Shown here piece by piece: positions 26,601 through 38,700 of a stretch of DNA of 64,000 nucleotides (within the stretch, counting starts at the first letter, position 1; every line of letters starts with the position of its first letter). The position numbers and the translations under genes were made by a program. Origin of the DNA: Utricularia gibba (lineage: Eukaryota > Plantae > Magnoliophyta); assembly GCA_002189035.1 (NCBI GenBank), contig NEEC01000009.1:1550001-1614000 (forward strand), written 5' to 3'. The notes below the pieces were generated by a model, which made no database searches, was not told the origin of the DNA, and saw only the letters and a program-made list of their open reading frames with translations.

Positions 26601-26938
26601 GGAAATTATTGCAACAATGGGGTCACTCAATGGGAAAAAAAAAGAGCGAACTGGTATTAGGCATCGATCCCAATCCAGCCGTGGACGGTGATATGGGTGG
26701 CTACTTCCCTTTTCAAAACATTGATGAACTGAAACCACATCTGTGGTTACTTTTCACATTGAGGAAGGAGATAATAATGCATTAAAAACCAACTACATCA
26801 AATCAAAGCGCTTATACATCCCCCTCAAAAGATAAAAACTTAATCAATTTTTGAAAATCATCATACTATTCAAAATGAATTATGTATTTCAAATATATAT
26901 CAAATTATATTTTATAAGAATTAATTCAATTTGATGAA

Positions 26939-28168
26939 AATCATGAAATGATAGCTTTTATATGAAAATTGATTTTCGATTAGTAATTCTAAATTAAAAC
27001 TATAATTATACCAATTCTAATAAATAATTTAATTAATTTTAATTTTAATATAAATATATTTAAATTATAGTAATAATGTAAATTATAATTTAAAAATAAT
27101 AATTTTATAATATAAGTGATATATAAAACGCATTTTTAAATTATAAATTTGTAAAATATAATTATTAATAAATATAGATAAATATATTTATTTATTAAAA
27201 TCAATTATTGTTTTTTATATTTCAAAAATGAATTTATTTTATAATAATTATTTTAAAAAAATAATTTCAAACATATAGCAATTATCATTCTATTAGAATT
27301 TTCAATTTTGTTAAAATCAATTATGAAATTTTTTTCAAATATGAGAATTAAAATAAAATCAATTATGGAATGATTTTTTTTCGAAATATAGCTTTAGTTT
27401 ACATGACCAAAGTGATTTGTTTTCTCCTGTTGATAAAACTTGCACCAGTTCCATGGCTTCGTTGATGATCCATGGATAACATGCAGTTTGATGATGATGA
27501 TCATCATCATCGTAGAAGGAAAAGGAAAGAGATTGGGTGGTGAAGAGCATTGTGTTGGCGTGTGAAGTGGCGTCTCCCCAGTGATTAGTTAACAACGCCA
27601 TGGAATGAAGTGCACTGTTAAGGATAAGTTTTGGGTGCGGGTGTGGGTGCTCATTAAACTCACTGGTCCAAACAAGTAGCCGTGACCACCGCGAACTTTA
27701 ACCTTTACCTTTACTGACCTTGACTCGTATTCAAATTCTATGATTGGTTCAATGAACGCCTTTTTTAGTGGCTTAATTATGTATTGACTACATTTTAAAA
27801 AGTAATTGATTATAGTGGAATTGAAAATTCGAATAGAATTAAAATTGATTATATGTGTAAAAATGTTTTTGAAAATAAATATTATAAAGTTAATTCATAT
27901 TTGAAATCTAAGTAAATAAAAGTTGATTTTTATAAGTAAAATAATATATTACTTATATTTATTAATAAACATAGTTTATAAATCATATTTTATAAAAATA
28001 ATTATGTTATAAAAATATTTTATAAATCTATAAATTATGTTTTATAAAAGTATTTTAAAATTAAAATACTTCAATAATTTATAATATTATTAATTTTAAT
28101 TATTTATAAAAAAAATATAAGCCTAATTCTAAAATCAATTATCATAGAAAATCTATCATCCCATGATT
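26939..28168. repeat. Long imperfect AT-rich inverted repeat (arms ~26939-27323 and ~27803-28168) around a ~480-bp core; foldback/MULE-like or two opposed MITE copies
   Basis: Manual alignment: reverse complement of 27288-27323 matches 27803-27838 at 30/36; reverse complement of 26939-26976 matches 28131-28168 at 33/38; the intervening blocks are collinear. No TSD or transposase identified. Confidence 0.75.
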
Positions 28169-31100
28169 CTTATATAATTTGAGTGATGCTTAATAATCAA
28201 TTTTCATAAAAAAATAATTTAGTATAACTTTGAAAAAGAAAAAATAATTATGGGAAAATAAATTTACTTTTATAAAAATTGAATTAATTTGTAAAAGTTG
28301 CTATAGTATCCTCGGATCTAGCACCGCCTTGGATCCCAATCAAACACAGGGCAGAGGAATATTTCCGGAAGCTTCCTGGTACGAGGACATGCCAACTTTT
28401 CCTCCAAGGGAAACGGTGACGTCTAAATTCTCTGATTCTTCAACGGTCAAAAGAAGTGTTATATTTTTTAGAATTTATTTATCAGGAAAAGCCTCGCCAA
28501 AGGGATAAATATTTAATAAAATGAATTAAATAATACGTGGCCCGTGAAGTGTAAAAATATCTGAGAATATTAGAAATATTTTAATAGAAATATCAATCAA
28601 AATCATAAATCTTATTCTGTTTAATAAATCTGGAATTTTGATATAATAATATTTTGTATCTAATGTCACCTATAAATGTAATAAAAATCAAGAAAAAATA
28701 AATTTACTTTTGAAAAAAAGAGAGGATAATTATGAAGTAAAGTCAAAGCATCTCCATCCGCACGAATTCATATCATATTCATTCCACGCATCAATAGTAA
28801 TTGGAGAAAATGAGATTTAATGCGTTGATTTTAATTAAATTAAATAATCTCTTTTTCACAAATCGCACAGTACAAAATAGTACGATAATGAGATTTCTCC
28901 ACTTACACAAAAAACCTAATTTTTTTGTTGTTATTTTGGTATGAATCGTTAAACCCTGTTTTCTATACCCTGCCATTCGGGTTAAAAACAACCCGAATCC
29001 GCGTATTCGCTTAATGATGCATGATTTTTTATGGTATTTTGTCGCATCCACTGCGGCGTTTCTATCCGGTAAAATTATACTTAATAACTGTTGCTGTAGA
29101 ACACGTGTCAACAGTCAAATCATTAAAAATTAAAATTAATTAATTACTAATATCCAATAATATTACTAGTTTAAGTTTTCGAGTACAATAATTGTTAATT
29201 TATTTATCATTTGAAATATTATATTCTATTATATAAAAATATTATAATATAGAATCCAATATGAAATATTAGATTAAGTGATATAATAAAAATGACGCGT
29301 TTTATCATTAAAATCATTTCACCTGTTGTTTTTTTTCCATGGCGGTGAAAAATTAAAATAATAAAAAAACATCATATTCGGGGCGCCGCTGCAGTAAATG
29401 CACCGGGTAAACATGTAATTATTGTTGGTAAGCAATGGTCCAGGTGTCTTACTGTAGTCAGGGTGTATCCAACCCCTCTTCACAGCCTGTGGTCGTCAAT
29501 TACTAAACCTTTTTTTCCAAAAATAACAAGTAATTATTTAACACACGTGAGAAACAATGAATGCCGCATCACACCACACGCCCCCATTTATTCGATTATC
29601 CCCCCGATTTTAAATAAATCCCCTATTGCCAAATCTAGAAATTTACCCACGGTGAAAAAAATATTTTACAACAAGTGAATGGGATGAGATTGAATTGATG
29701 TACTTTGAAACCGTTCATAAATGCCAATTAGGGAACCAAAAGGGACTCTTGGAGTTACCTAATCAGTGATGCCCCACCCAATTCTGAAGGTAACCAGAGG
29801 AGTTGAATGTGCACTCCCATCATCACATGTAATATCTAAGTGAAAAAAAAAAACAAGTTTTGGGGGTGGAGGCCCCCTTCTGCCCCACCTATAATCTGAC
29901 CTAACTTTTAATGGAGTTTCACATCAAGGATATCCTCAAAATATAGAAAACTCTTTTGTCAGTGAAGCTGGATGAGGGGTTAGGACCAAATGTGTTGTAT
30001 GGACAGGTGAAGATTGTTCATTTCTGAGGAAATGGGGACACACATCTCGTCCTCATGATTGTTGTAAGATCTGGTGGATGTAATGCCTGATAGGGATTAA
30101 ACTAAACCACCGAAATTTACAAGTAAATTTCTAGAGGGACCAATCTAGAAAGTTAATCATGGTATGATATGTATGTGAAAATTTTGATTAATTTAAAATA
30201 TTGATTTTTGATTCCGGGCATATTTTGTTCTTAAGTTTATGATGTTTTAGATTATATAGAATATGGTCAATTTTTCGGATTACATCGTAAAGTTTAATAT
30301 ATTAAGTGATTGTATAATTTAACATAAGAATATGAAAATATATTTTTGAATTTGATCAATAAATGATAATATATGAATTGATTTATAGACGACGCCTGAA
30401 ACGGAATCTTGCATGCGAAATTGGAATAGTATATTATTAATATTGTGCTAAAAAGTAGTTCTGGGTTAACACGTTGTTCCCTCCCACCGGTAGGAACTTA
30501 GCGTTACTCAACCAAACACAACTTCTTAACCATAGACCATGCTCCCCGGTGACAATTCCCCGAGTCAAAACGCCACCGTTTTGTCAATATCGGCAAGATG
30601 GCAGTTCATACTGTTGAAATTCAAGATTCCATTGGTGGGGTGAATGCATGTAACATAGTTTAAACGCATACATGAGATTCGGGCAGGTTACACATGCGTC
30701 TTTATTACAAACTAATCATGTATCAGATGTTGTTTTTTTTTTATTTTAGAATCTGGAGTTGGCATCGGTCTTGTGGAATAGTGCATGTGCGCCTTCGTTC
30801 GGGAACAAAGTTGTGGTCTCTGCCTTGCGTGGGGGTTTTCTGGGGAGTCAAAAGTGAGAACATGAATGTTTTTTGGGGGAATAAATTTCAAAGGAAAATG
30901 GAGTCAAATTGAAGACTCACTTACAACTAATAATCTAATCACAATGAAAGACCAGGACTTGTAGAAGATGTTCACGCATCGTCCCAGATCAAGCTTTTAG
31001 CAACGAAGCAATGAAAATCATGTTGCGCGATGGGAGTTATGTGAATGAAGAAGTTTTGCTTTAGGTTTGCCGAGACAGAATGTCCGCTACCAGACCGACA

Positions 31101-32177
31101 GGTGTGCATATTTTTCACTCCAAAGTTGAAGCTTTACAGGCTGCACGAGACACACATACACCAACCCAAGCGCCCCACGCCAGGAATATCAAGCCTTGAG
31201 TTGGGTCGAGTATTGAAATTAAGGATATAATAGATCAAATAAGCATACGTGAAATCTAATTATATAAGAAATATATATTATATTGAAATTGATTAAATTC
31301 TATCGATTATTTCAATTTTTAAACTCGGTGTGAGATTGTTTATTCTATATAATTAATTGTGTTATTATATGCTCGAAGGGGTGGCGGTCGGTGTCTACCC
31401 AGCCTCGTGCATGGTCGCGGCACCACCCGGGCGTGGCATTATTACGCCTTCCAATTATTTGGTGTTGTTCCATGAATGCAACCAAATTGGGGGGATCAAT
31501 AATATTAGAGAGGACACGGAGGCTCGTGCGATTCGATAGCTGCTTCACTACCACTACATAAATACAAAAATCAATAAATGGACAGGATGATCCAGCACTA
31601 GTCGATAAAGACTGTTAGAAAAGTGTCCTCTCAGGAGACATTGTTGAAGGGTGGAAAGGTAATCATCTCTTCATTTGAACGAACCATTAAGAAAAAAAAA
31701 AGAGAATAGCAGCAGCAGCAGCAGTAGTCGATATACACATGAGAAAAGTATAGTCGTCAGATTTTGGCAATGACCCACCTCTTCAAAATTGAATCTTTTA
31801 CTCTTCTATCCTCCATCCCGACGGCCCCTCTTCTCTTCCATGTAGGAAAATGAGACAGGGTTCGTGGCATAGCGAGCTATTCAATTCAGCTTCAATTTGG
31901 AACAGCTATAAAGAGTACGAGATTTGATGGGCATGACCTGTATGTGTATCATGGCGGGACTCGGAGGAGGATGCCCAGTAATAAAATAGGTTTTTTTCGT
32001 ATTAAATTTATGTTCGTATTTCCACGTCAGCGGCCCGAGCTTCCGCGCGCTTTCCTATCTTGTTTGGGACGTGTGACAGTATATATAGCAACTTATCGGC
32101 TTGGAATTTCCTGAACGAGACACTCATTTCTGCTTGTGAACACAGACACAGATACACAGCAGAGAGAGAGAGGTCCG

Positions 32178-33452
32178 ATGGAATTCGCCGGAAGGTTACT
32201 GCAGACATGCAGCACGGCGGCGGCGCCGAGGAAGCTGGCGGATATGCCGCAGCCGCAGAGGGTGATCAGCACGAGGAACTCGAATTTGAAGTTGACCAAC
32301 ATGGGAAGTCGGCAGCAGTGGAGCAACGAGTACGCTGGTAGGCTCACGGCCTCCGGCGTCGGCGAACGGTGGCAGGAGTTTCAAGGAATTAAGAACTGGG
32401 AGGGAATGCTGGACCCACTCGACGACGGCCTCCGCGACGAGATTCTCCGATACGGGGAGTTCGTGGAAGCGGCGTACCGGTGCTTTGACTTCGACACGGC
32501 GTCGCCGCGGTACGCTGACTGTGTGCACGAAAGCGAGTCCAATATTGAAAAAGTTGGGCTGGAGAAAAGCGGATATAAAGTGACAAAGAGCCTATACGCA
32601 ACTTGCGGGATTCAGCTTCCGAACTGGACGGACAAGATCCCCCGTTGGGTGTCCGCCTCGACAAGCTGGATCGGCTACGTGGCGGTCTGCGACGACCAGG
32701 AGGAAATCGCGAGATTGGGCCGCCGCGATATCGTTGTGGCTTACCGGGGGACCGCCACATGTATGGAGTGGCTCGAGAACCTCCGCGCTTCATTGACTCC
32801 TCTGCCGTCCTCTGCCGGCGGCGACTGCATGGTGCAGAGTGGGTTTTTAAGTCTTTACACATCCAGCGCGCCGGAGAAGCCGAGTTTACAAACCGCCGTG
32901 ATTGAGGAGATCAAGAGACTCATGCGGCAGTACGAAGGGGAGCCGTTGAGCATAACGGTCACGGGTCACAGTCTCGGGGCAGCGTTGGCGACCTTGACGG
33001 CGAACGATATTGCGAACGCCGTCGAGGATCCTCCCTTGGTCACGGTTGTCTCCTTCGGAGGGCCGAGAGTCGGGAACAAGAATTTCAGACGGCAACTGGA
33101 GAAAACCGGCGCGAAAGTACTCCGAATCGTCAACTCTGATGACCCGGTTACCAAAGTCCCCGGTTTCGTTCTCGAGGACGGTGGCGAGAAATCTCGTCGC
33201 CGAAGGCGTATCCAGGGGTTATCCAAATGGCTCCACAGGATGGTCTACGCTGAAATCGGGGAAGAGCTCCGTTTGAACAGCCGCGATTCACCGTACTTGA
33301 GCGACCATGGGGTTGCCACGTGCCACGATCTGAGGACGTATCTCCACCTGGTAGACAATTTCGTATCTTCCAACTGTCCGATCAAAACAACCGCGAAGAG
33401 GGTCCTGAAGAAGAGCTCCCGGCAGCCGGAGAAAACCGGGGCGTTGGCGTGA
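32178..33452 (+). CDS. DAD1: DAD1-like plastid phospholipase A1 (class 3 lipase), intronless
   Basis: WEGMLDPLDDGLRDEILRYGEFVEAAY, AYRCFDFD, SWIGYVAVC, GRRDIVVAYRGTATCMEWLENLRA, lipase motif ITVTGHSLG, SFGGPRVGN, VNSDDPVTKVPG, CHDLRTYLHLVD. Upstream TATA-like run at ~32080. Confidence 0.88.
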   Translation: MEFAGRLLQTCSTAAAPRKLADMPQPQRVISTRNSNLKLTNMGSRQQWSNEYAGRLTASGVGERWQEFQGIKNWEGMLDPLDDGLRDEILRYGEFVEAAYRCFDFDTASPRYADCVHESESNIEKVGLEKSGYKVTKSLYATCGIQLPNWTDKIPRWVSASTSWIGYVAVCDDQEEIARLGRRDIVVAYRGTATCMEWLENLRASLTPLPSSAGGDCMVQSGFLSLYTSSAPEKPSLQTAVIEEIKRLMRQYEGEPLSITVTGHSLGAALATLTANDIANAVEDPPLVTVVSFGGPRVGNKNFRRQLEKTGAKVLRIVNSDDPVTKVPGFVLEDGGEKSRRRRRIQGLSKWLHRMVYAEIGEELRLNSRDSPYLSDHGVATCHDLRTYLHLVDNFVSSNCPIKTTAKRVLKKSSRQPEKTGALA

Positions 33453-34028
33453 CAACAATTCCTTGATTTATCATCATTATTCTTTGAAAAGCTTTCCCAA
33501 ATTAAGAGGGAGGGCCATTCTTTGAGATTCAATTGTATAGGCTGCCATCTAATATCAGTATTCTTTATTACATCATTCTCTTGCTTGATTTTAGTTAGTT
33601 AACCAGACCCAGAGTGTGCAACATGCCCAAATACTACGAATTACAGTGAATATCATCACCTCGCCCCATTTCAACAGACCAAGACTTTTTTGTCAAAGCG
33701 TAGGTAACAAGACTCCCCCCCAAGTCAGATTCTCAAACCCTAAATTAATGTGCGCCGACCGGAGAAGATAGCGGTGCTTCCATGGACATTCAAACATCTT
33801 CTTACACACTGGTGTGCATTATTTCTGTTGCAAAAGTAATTGATATATATATATATATATTGTTTAGATAAATAAAAAAGGCCTTGAGGGGGCACAAATT
33901 GATTAGGGCACGTGACACTAGGGGACCTTCCTTCCATTCAAGATTGAACTAAACCACAGAGGTGAGCCCAGAGGGAGGCAGATCTGTTCGCTTCGCTTCA
34001 GTGTGCCAGCTGCGATTTCACTTCATCC

Positions 34029-34421
34029 ATGGCTGCCTTCCCTGCCAAATTCCTTGCATTTGTGTCCTTGGGGCTTTTTCTTGTGGTCGCTGCTGCGGAT
34101 TCCGTCTCAATCGACGCCGGGGGCCGTGGATTCGAACTCTCCGCGGAGTCGGTGGAGCAATGGGACCCGATTCACGGTGCGGATCTTGGAGGGGCCGGGG
34201 CGGAGGACGAAATGCTGGGCGAGGTCGCCTCGATCCGCCGATCTCTGATGTGGAACAAGCTCTTCCGCTACTACATTTCGTATGGCGCTCTCTCCGCGAA
34301 CCGGGTCCCCTGCCCACCGCGCTCCGGCAGATCCTATTACACCCACAACTGCTTTAGGGCTAGGGGTCCTGTCCACCCCTACTCCCGCAGCTGCTCCGCC
34401 ATTACTCTCTGCCGCCGGTGA
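34029..34421 (+). CDS. RALF34: RALF peptide precursor, RALF34 type
   Basis: Signal peptide, RRSL processing site, and YYISYGALSANRVPCPPRSGRSYYTHNCFRARGPVHPYSRSCSAITLCRR. Confidence 0.93.
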   Translation: MAAFPAKFLAFVSLGLFLVVAAADSVSIDAGGRGFELSAESVEQWDPIHGADLGGAGAEDEMLGEVASIRRSLMWNKLFRYYISYGALSANRVPCPPRSGRSYYTHNCFRARGPVHPYSRSCSAITLCRR

Positions 34422-35422
34422 GCCTTTCTTGTTTAGGTGATTTTGTGTTGCTGAAGGGAGATCTGGGTAGATCTGGCCGTGCGTCCAGTATTGCAATGAT
34501 TATGTTCCCTTTGTTTGTGTGGAAACAATGGTTGTGGCTGGCTAATCACAACTTGTTAGCGTTGATGTCCACTCCCCCTCTTCTCATTGTACGTTGGAGA
34601 TCGAGTTCAATAATCTCCTGCTTTATTTCACAATCTGCCATTGTTCTGGTTTAAGGCAAGTTTGCTACCCTTGTCACACTGCTTTGAATTTCGCCCACCC
34701 CCAAAACCCCTGCATACACTTAGAATCCGATGCATCTCTGGTGGGCACCAAGAGTGAAATGTATGTAGACCCTTCCCTCTTTGGTTCTGTCTCCTAAATC
34801 CATCAACAATGTGCAATGAACCACTCTGTGGAACACATATGGAGCTTGGCTTTTGAAAAACTGAGCGGATGGATCCATCCCTACTTGCCGGTGACACCGA
34901 CACGCCATCAAGATTGGTGACATTTGGACGGTGGGGGATTTCATTTAGTTGTTCAGAGAGAGGTGGGCGGGGCAACGGCAATTAAATCTAATCAAGGCTT
35001 GCAGCCGTACTCCGACATCTTGTCCCACCGCCCCCCAACTTGTAATTGCACGTAAATAGAAACCGGGTTCTCGGGGCTCTCCAGCCTGCATTCTTCTTCC
35101 TGTTGTTGCTTTGATGGGTACCAAGTGCAGCATTTGTATCGGCAAAGTTTTCCTGAACGCGCAGCCCAGTGCAGGGGATACTCTCCCCGCCACTCGCGAC
35201 CTTCTCTTCCAACCGAAGCACCCATCGCAGCAGTTCTTGAATTACAGAGGCCAATTGAGTCCTCTATTTCGAGGCATAATCCAATTCGATTATTGTCGAA
35301 AGAAAGAACAAATTTGGAGAAAATTTGCAACTGATTGTAGGCTAGGGTTCCATTGTGTTTTTCTGCGGTTTCCAGGGATGATGAAGCGCATAAAATCAGT
35401 GAAAAAAGTGACACCTCTTATA

Positions 35423-35527
35423 TGGGCCTGAAGAGTACCGGGCCCAATAATAGGCTCAGGATCAAAATAGAATCACGATGTTCTTAAAAACATGTACAGT
35501 GACTTGTGGATTTGGGCAGACGGGCCC
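35423..35527. promoter_or_regulatory. Cluster of site II (TGGGCY/GGCCC) motifs with a nearby telobox-like motif
   Basis: tgggcc at 35423-35428, ggcccaa at 35441-35447, gggccc at 35522-35527, and ctagggtt at ~35342. Such motifs are typical of proliferation-linked promoters. Confidence 0.55.
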
Positions 35528-35616
35528 TAAACCAATGGGTGGTCTGTGCTCTTCCTTGCGGGCCGGCGCGTGCCCTATCTCTCTCTGCCTGACACTAGAA
35601 AGTCGAAGGTTGGCAA

Positions 35617-35628
35617 TTTGGCGGGAAA
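35617..35628. promoter_or_regulatory. Overlapping double E2F site TTTGGCGGGAAA
   Basis: TTTGGCGG on the + strand and TTTCCCGC on the - strand both fit TTTSSCGS; 83 nt upstream of the Pol alpha AUG. Confidence 0.85.
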
Positions 35629-35710
35629 CACAAACGCTCACCCGAACTCCCTCTTGGTGAATAATAGCGGATCTGGCGACGCAAGCTTTGCCTAGGGAGG
35701 GAGAGTTGAG

Positions 35711-38700
35711 ATGGCGTCCGATTCGGAGAAATCAGTTATGCTGGAAGATCAGCCTACGATGGCTGGGCGGCGGCGGGGAAGAAGCGCTGCGGATAATGCG
35801 CGTGCACAAGCACTCGAGCGTCTGAAGTTACTCAGGCGTGGCGGAAGAAGGGAGATGGAAGGGGGTGGTTTCCAGGTCAAGATGGAGCAGCCGATTTACG
35901 ACACTGTGGATGAGGATCAGTACGAAGCTTTGGTCGCGAAGCGACGCGAAGAAGTTAACGGTTTTATTGTGGACGACAATGGATTGGGTTACGGGGATGA
36001 GGGCCAAGAGGAGGATTGGACGCTCGCTGGCGTTGCGCCATCATCTGAGGAGTCTGAGGGAGAAAATGAGAGGCCGAAGAGAAGGAAAGGTAATAATAAT
36101 TCAGAGAAGAAGGATAAGGAGCCTGCAAAGAAACCATCTGCTTTGGCTAGTGCGGCTGCTTTGATGGGTAAGCAAAAGATTTCTAGTATGTTTGCAACGT
36201 CTGTGTTTAAGAAAGAGAGGTTGAATAACTTGGCTTGTGATAGTATTGTTGACGATGTAATTGCTGAGTTTGCTCCTGATGAGAGCGACAAGGAGAAGAG
36301 AAGGAGAATATCCTCTAATTCTGCGTTGAAGATTTCTAGTAACTTGGGTTCTTTTCCAGTTAAAGTTGAGAATGATAATAATATCCTTAGCAGAAGCAAT
36401 CAATTAGATGTGAGAAAAGGATGGAATGAGATGGACGGTGTGCACAGTAGAGTTTCAAATGATGGATCAGTGGATCACTTTTCAAAACAGCGTGAAAGTG
36501 TCACTACTGATCAGAGTACCTTACCATATGCTGAAGGAATAGCTATTTCAAGCAGCGAGGAAGTAATTGGAAATAATGAAATTCTGGATGATGAGGGAGA
36601 AGGTTTGGAGGACGGCGAGAAAATCAATGTTGACTCATCTGTGAAGGAGGTAGATAAGAAATTGTTGTCTCTTAATGCCAAAATTGAAGAAGTCAAAGAT
36701 GTGGCGTTTAGTGCAACTCTTGGCTGGCAAGCTGTGAGGAGTGCTGGCGAAAATTTGTCTGATTGTAATCAGCCTACGGAAAATCAGAGCACAATCAATG
36801 ATGAAAAAGTGGATTTTGAATTGGAAACAGATGGATCTATGCCCTTCTATATACTCGATGCACATGAGGAAACCTATGGTGTGAATAGTGGGAATGTTTA
36901 TCTCTTTGGAAAGGTAATTTGGAGCTTCATGAACCAAGTCGTTATGTTTTCTTTATTTTTAATCCCTTAGCCGCCTGAATTTATTTGTTGGCATATGAGC
37001 GATATCTGCAAGTTGGAACTTGTTCTTAGTTCCTCCAACGTTTTCATTGGTCCCTTGAACCAATGAACTGACACTGGATTTTCTCTACTGATGAAGGTTA
37101 AATCTGGAACTACATATCGCAGCTGCTGTGTGGTGGTGAGGAATATGCAGAGATGTGTATATGCAATTCCATCTCATCCTTTCTCACAAGATCAGACTAT
37201 TGCAGAGCTGGAAAAAAGTGTTGAAGAGTCTCAAATATCTCTCGCCACACTCAGGGATTTAATTGCCAAACAAGAGAAGGAGAGGGGAAAGGCCAATGCT
37301 TCAACCGTGGATCACAAGGAGAAGATTGAAAAGCTTGAAAAAGATGCAGAAAAATATCGAGCAGCTTTGCACGCAAGACTTCACGTGCGTTTATGCATTG
37401 TTACCCTGCTGTATTCTCGTTTCTTCTCATGCTTCCTTTGTTAACAAACCTTGTTTATTAGGAGCTGGCATCACAATTGAAGGCTGAAGTGGCAAACGAG
37501 TTACTTGAAAGAAAAGTCTCAAATTTCGTAATGACACCAGTTAAGGTTGGTACAAGGACAAAAGATATTCAAATGAATAGGATTTCAATTAATAGAATTC
37601 ATATTCCTGTGGTCTCAATGAAAAAGGATCATGGAATTATACTCTTTGTTTGCCAATTTTACTTCATAATCCTTACACTTGAATTGTATTTTTCTTGTAG
37701 AGAAATTATGCATTTGAAAGGTCCGAAGTTCCTCACGGGGAGAATTATGCTCTTAAAATTATTTACCCTTTCAAGGTGTGCATTGAAATTCTTATAAGCT
37801 GGTTCGTGCTGGTTTGACCTGTTAAATGGTGCTTTTCCTTTTACAGAATCTGCCTCTTCCATCAGATCTCAAGGGCGAAAGTTTTTGTGCTTTGCTTGGA
37901 ACGCAGAACAGGTACATTTGATGCTTTCTTCGAGCATATTTAGTATGTTCAAACTAAATGCCACATGTTTAAGAATTCTAAAAGTCTTTATATTTATCAT
38001 TGAATTTTAGCAGCAAGGAGGATGACCTTCTAGGTTTTGACTTCTTAGTTGGTGTTTTTTTTTTTTTTAATTTGGCATATTTTTGAGCGTCAAAATTTCA
38101 CTTGTTAATATTGCTGCCAGTGCCTTGGAGCTTCTTCTAGTGAAAAGAAAAATAAAGGGACCCTCATGGTTATCAATCTCAAAATTCTCCAACAGCACAA
38201 CTCCTCAGCAGGTAAGATTTTTTTATTCACCTTTTTATTTTCAACTCCAATATCTAAGTCACTGACAAATGCTTTTTTTTCCCCGAGCAGGTGAGCTGGT
38301 GCAAGTTTGAAATTGTCGTTGAAAACCCAAAAGACATTCGGGTTTTAACTTCTTCCAAGACTGCTGATATACCTCCAGTCATAGTTACAGCAATAAATTT
38401 GAAGACTATAATCAATGAGAAGCAGAATGCAAATGAAATCGTATCTGCATCAGTTGTTTGCTGCAAACGAGCTAAGGTATGTGTCCAGTTCAAATAGTTT
38501 GCACCCTTGTTTGATTTGCTAAGCTGTATTAATAATTTATCGTCTGTCGAGGTAAGGTACCTCTATGCACATTAAATTAAAAACTCGAAATATAATGATT
38601 GAATGGTTGGCATGCACAGATCGATAATCCCATGGTAGGCTCAGAATGGAATCGTTCAGGTATGCTAAGTCACTTCACGTTTGTGCGCAAACTTGATGGA

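Noticed and set aside
30079-30471. Solo LTR-like segment (TGTAATGCC...GGTTAACA)
   Set aside because: No 5-bp target-site duplication (gtgga versus cgttg), PBS or PPT. It may be a decayed repeat but cannot be supported.
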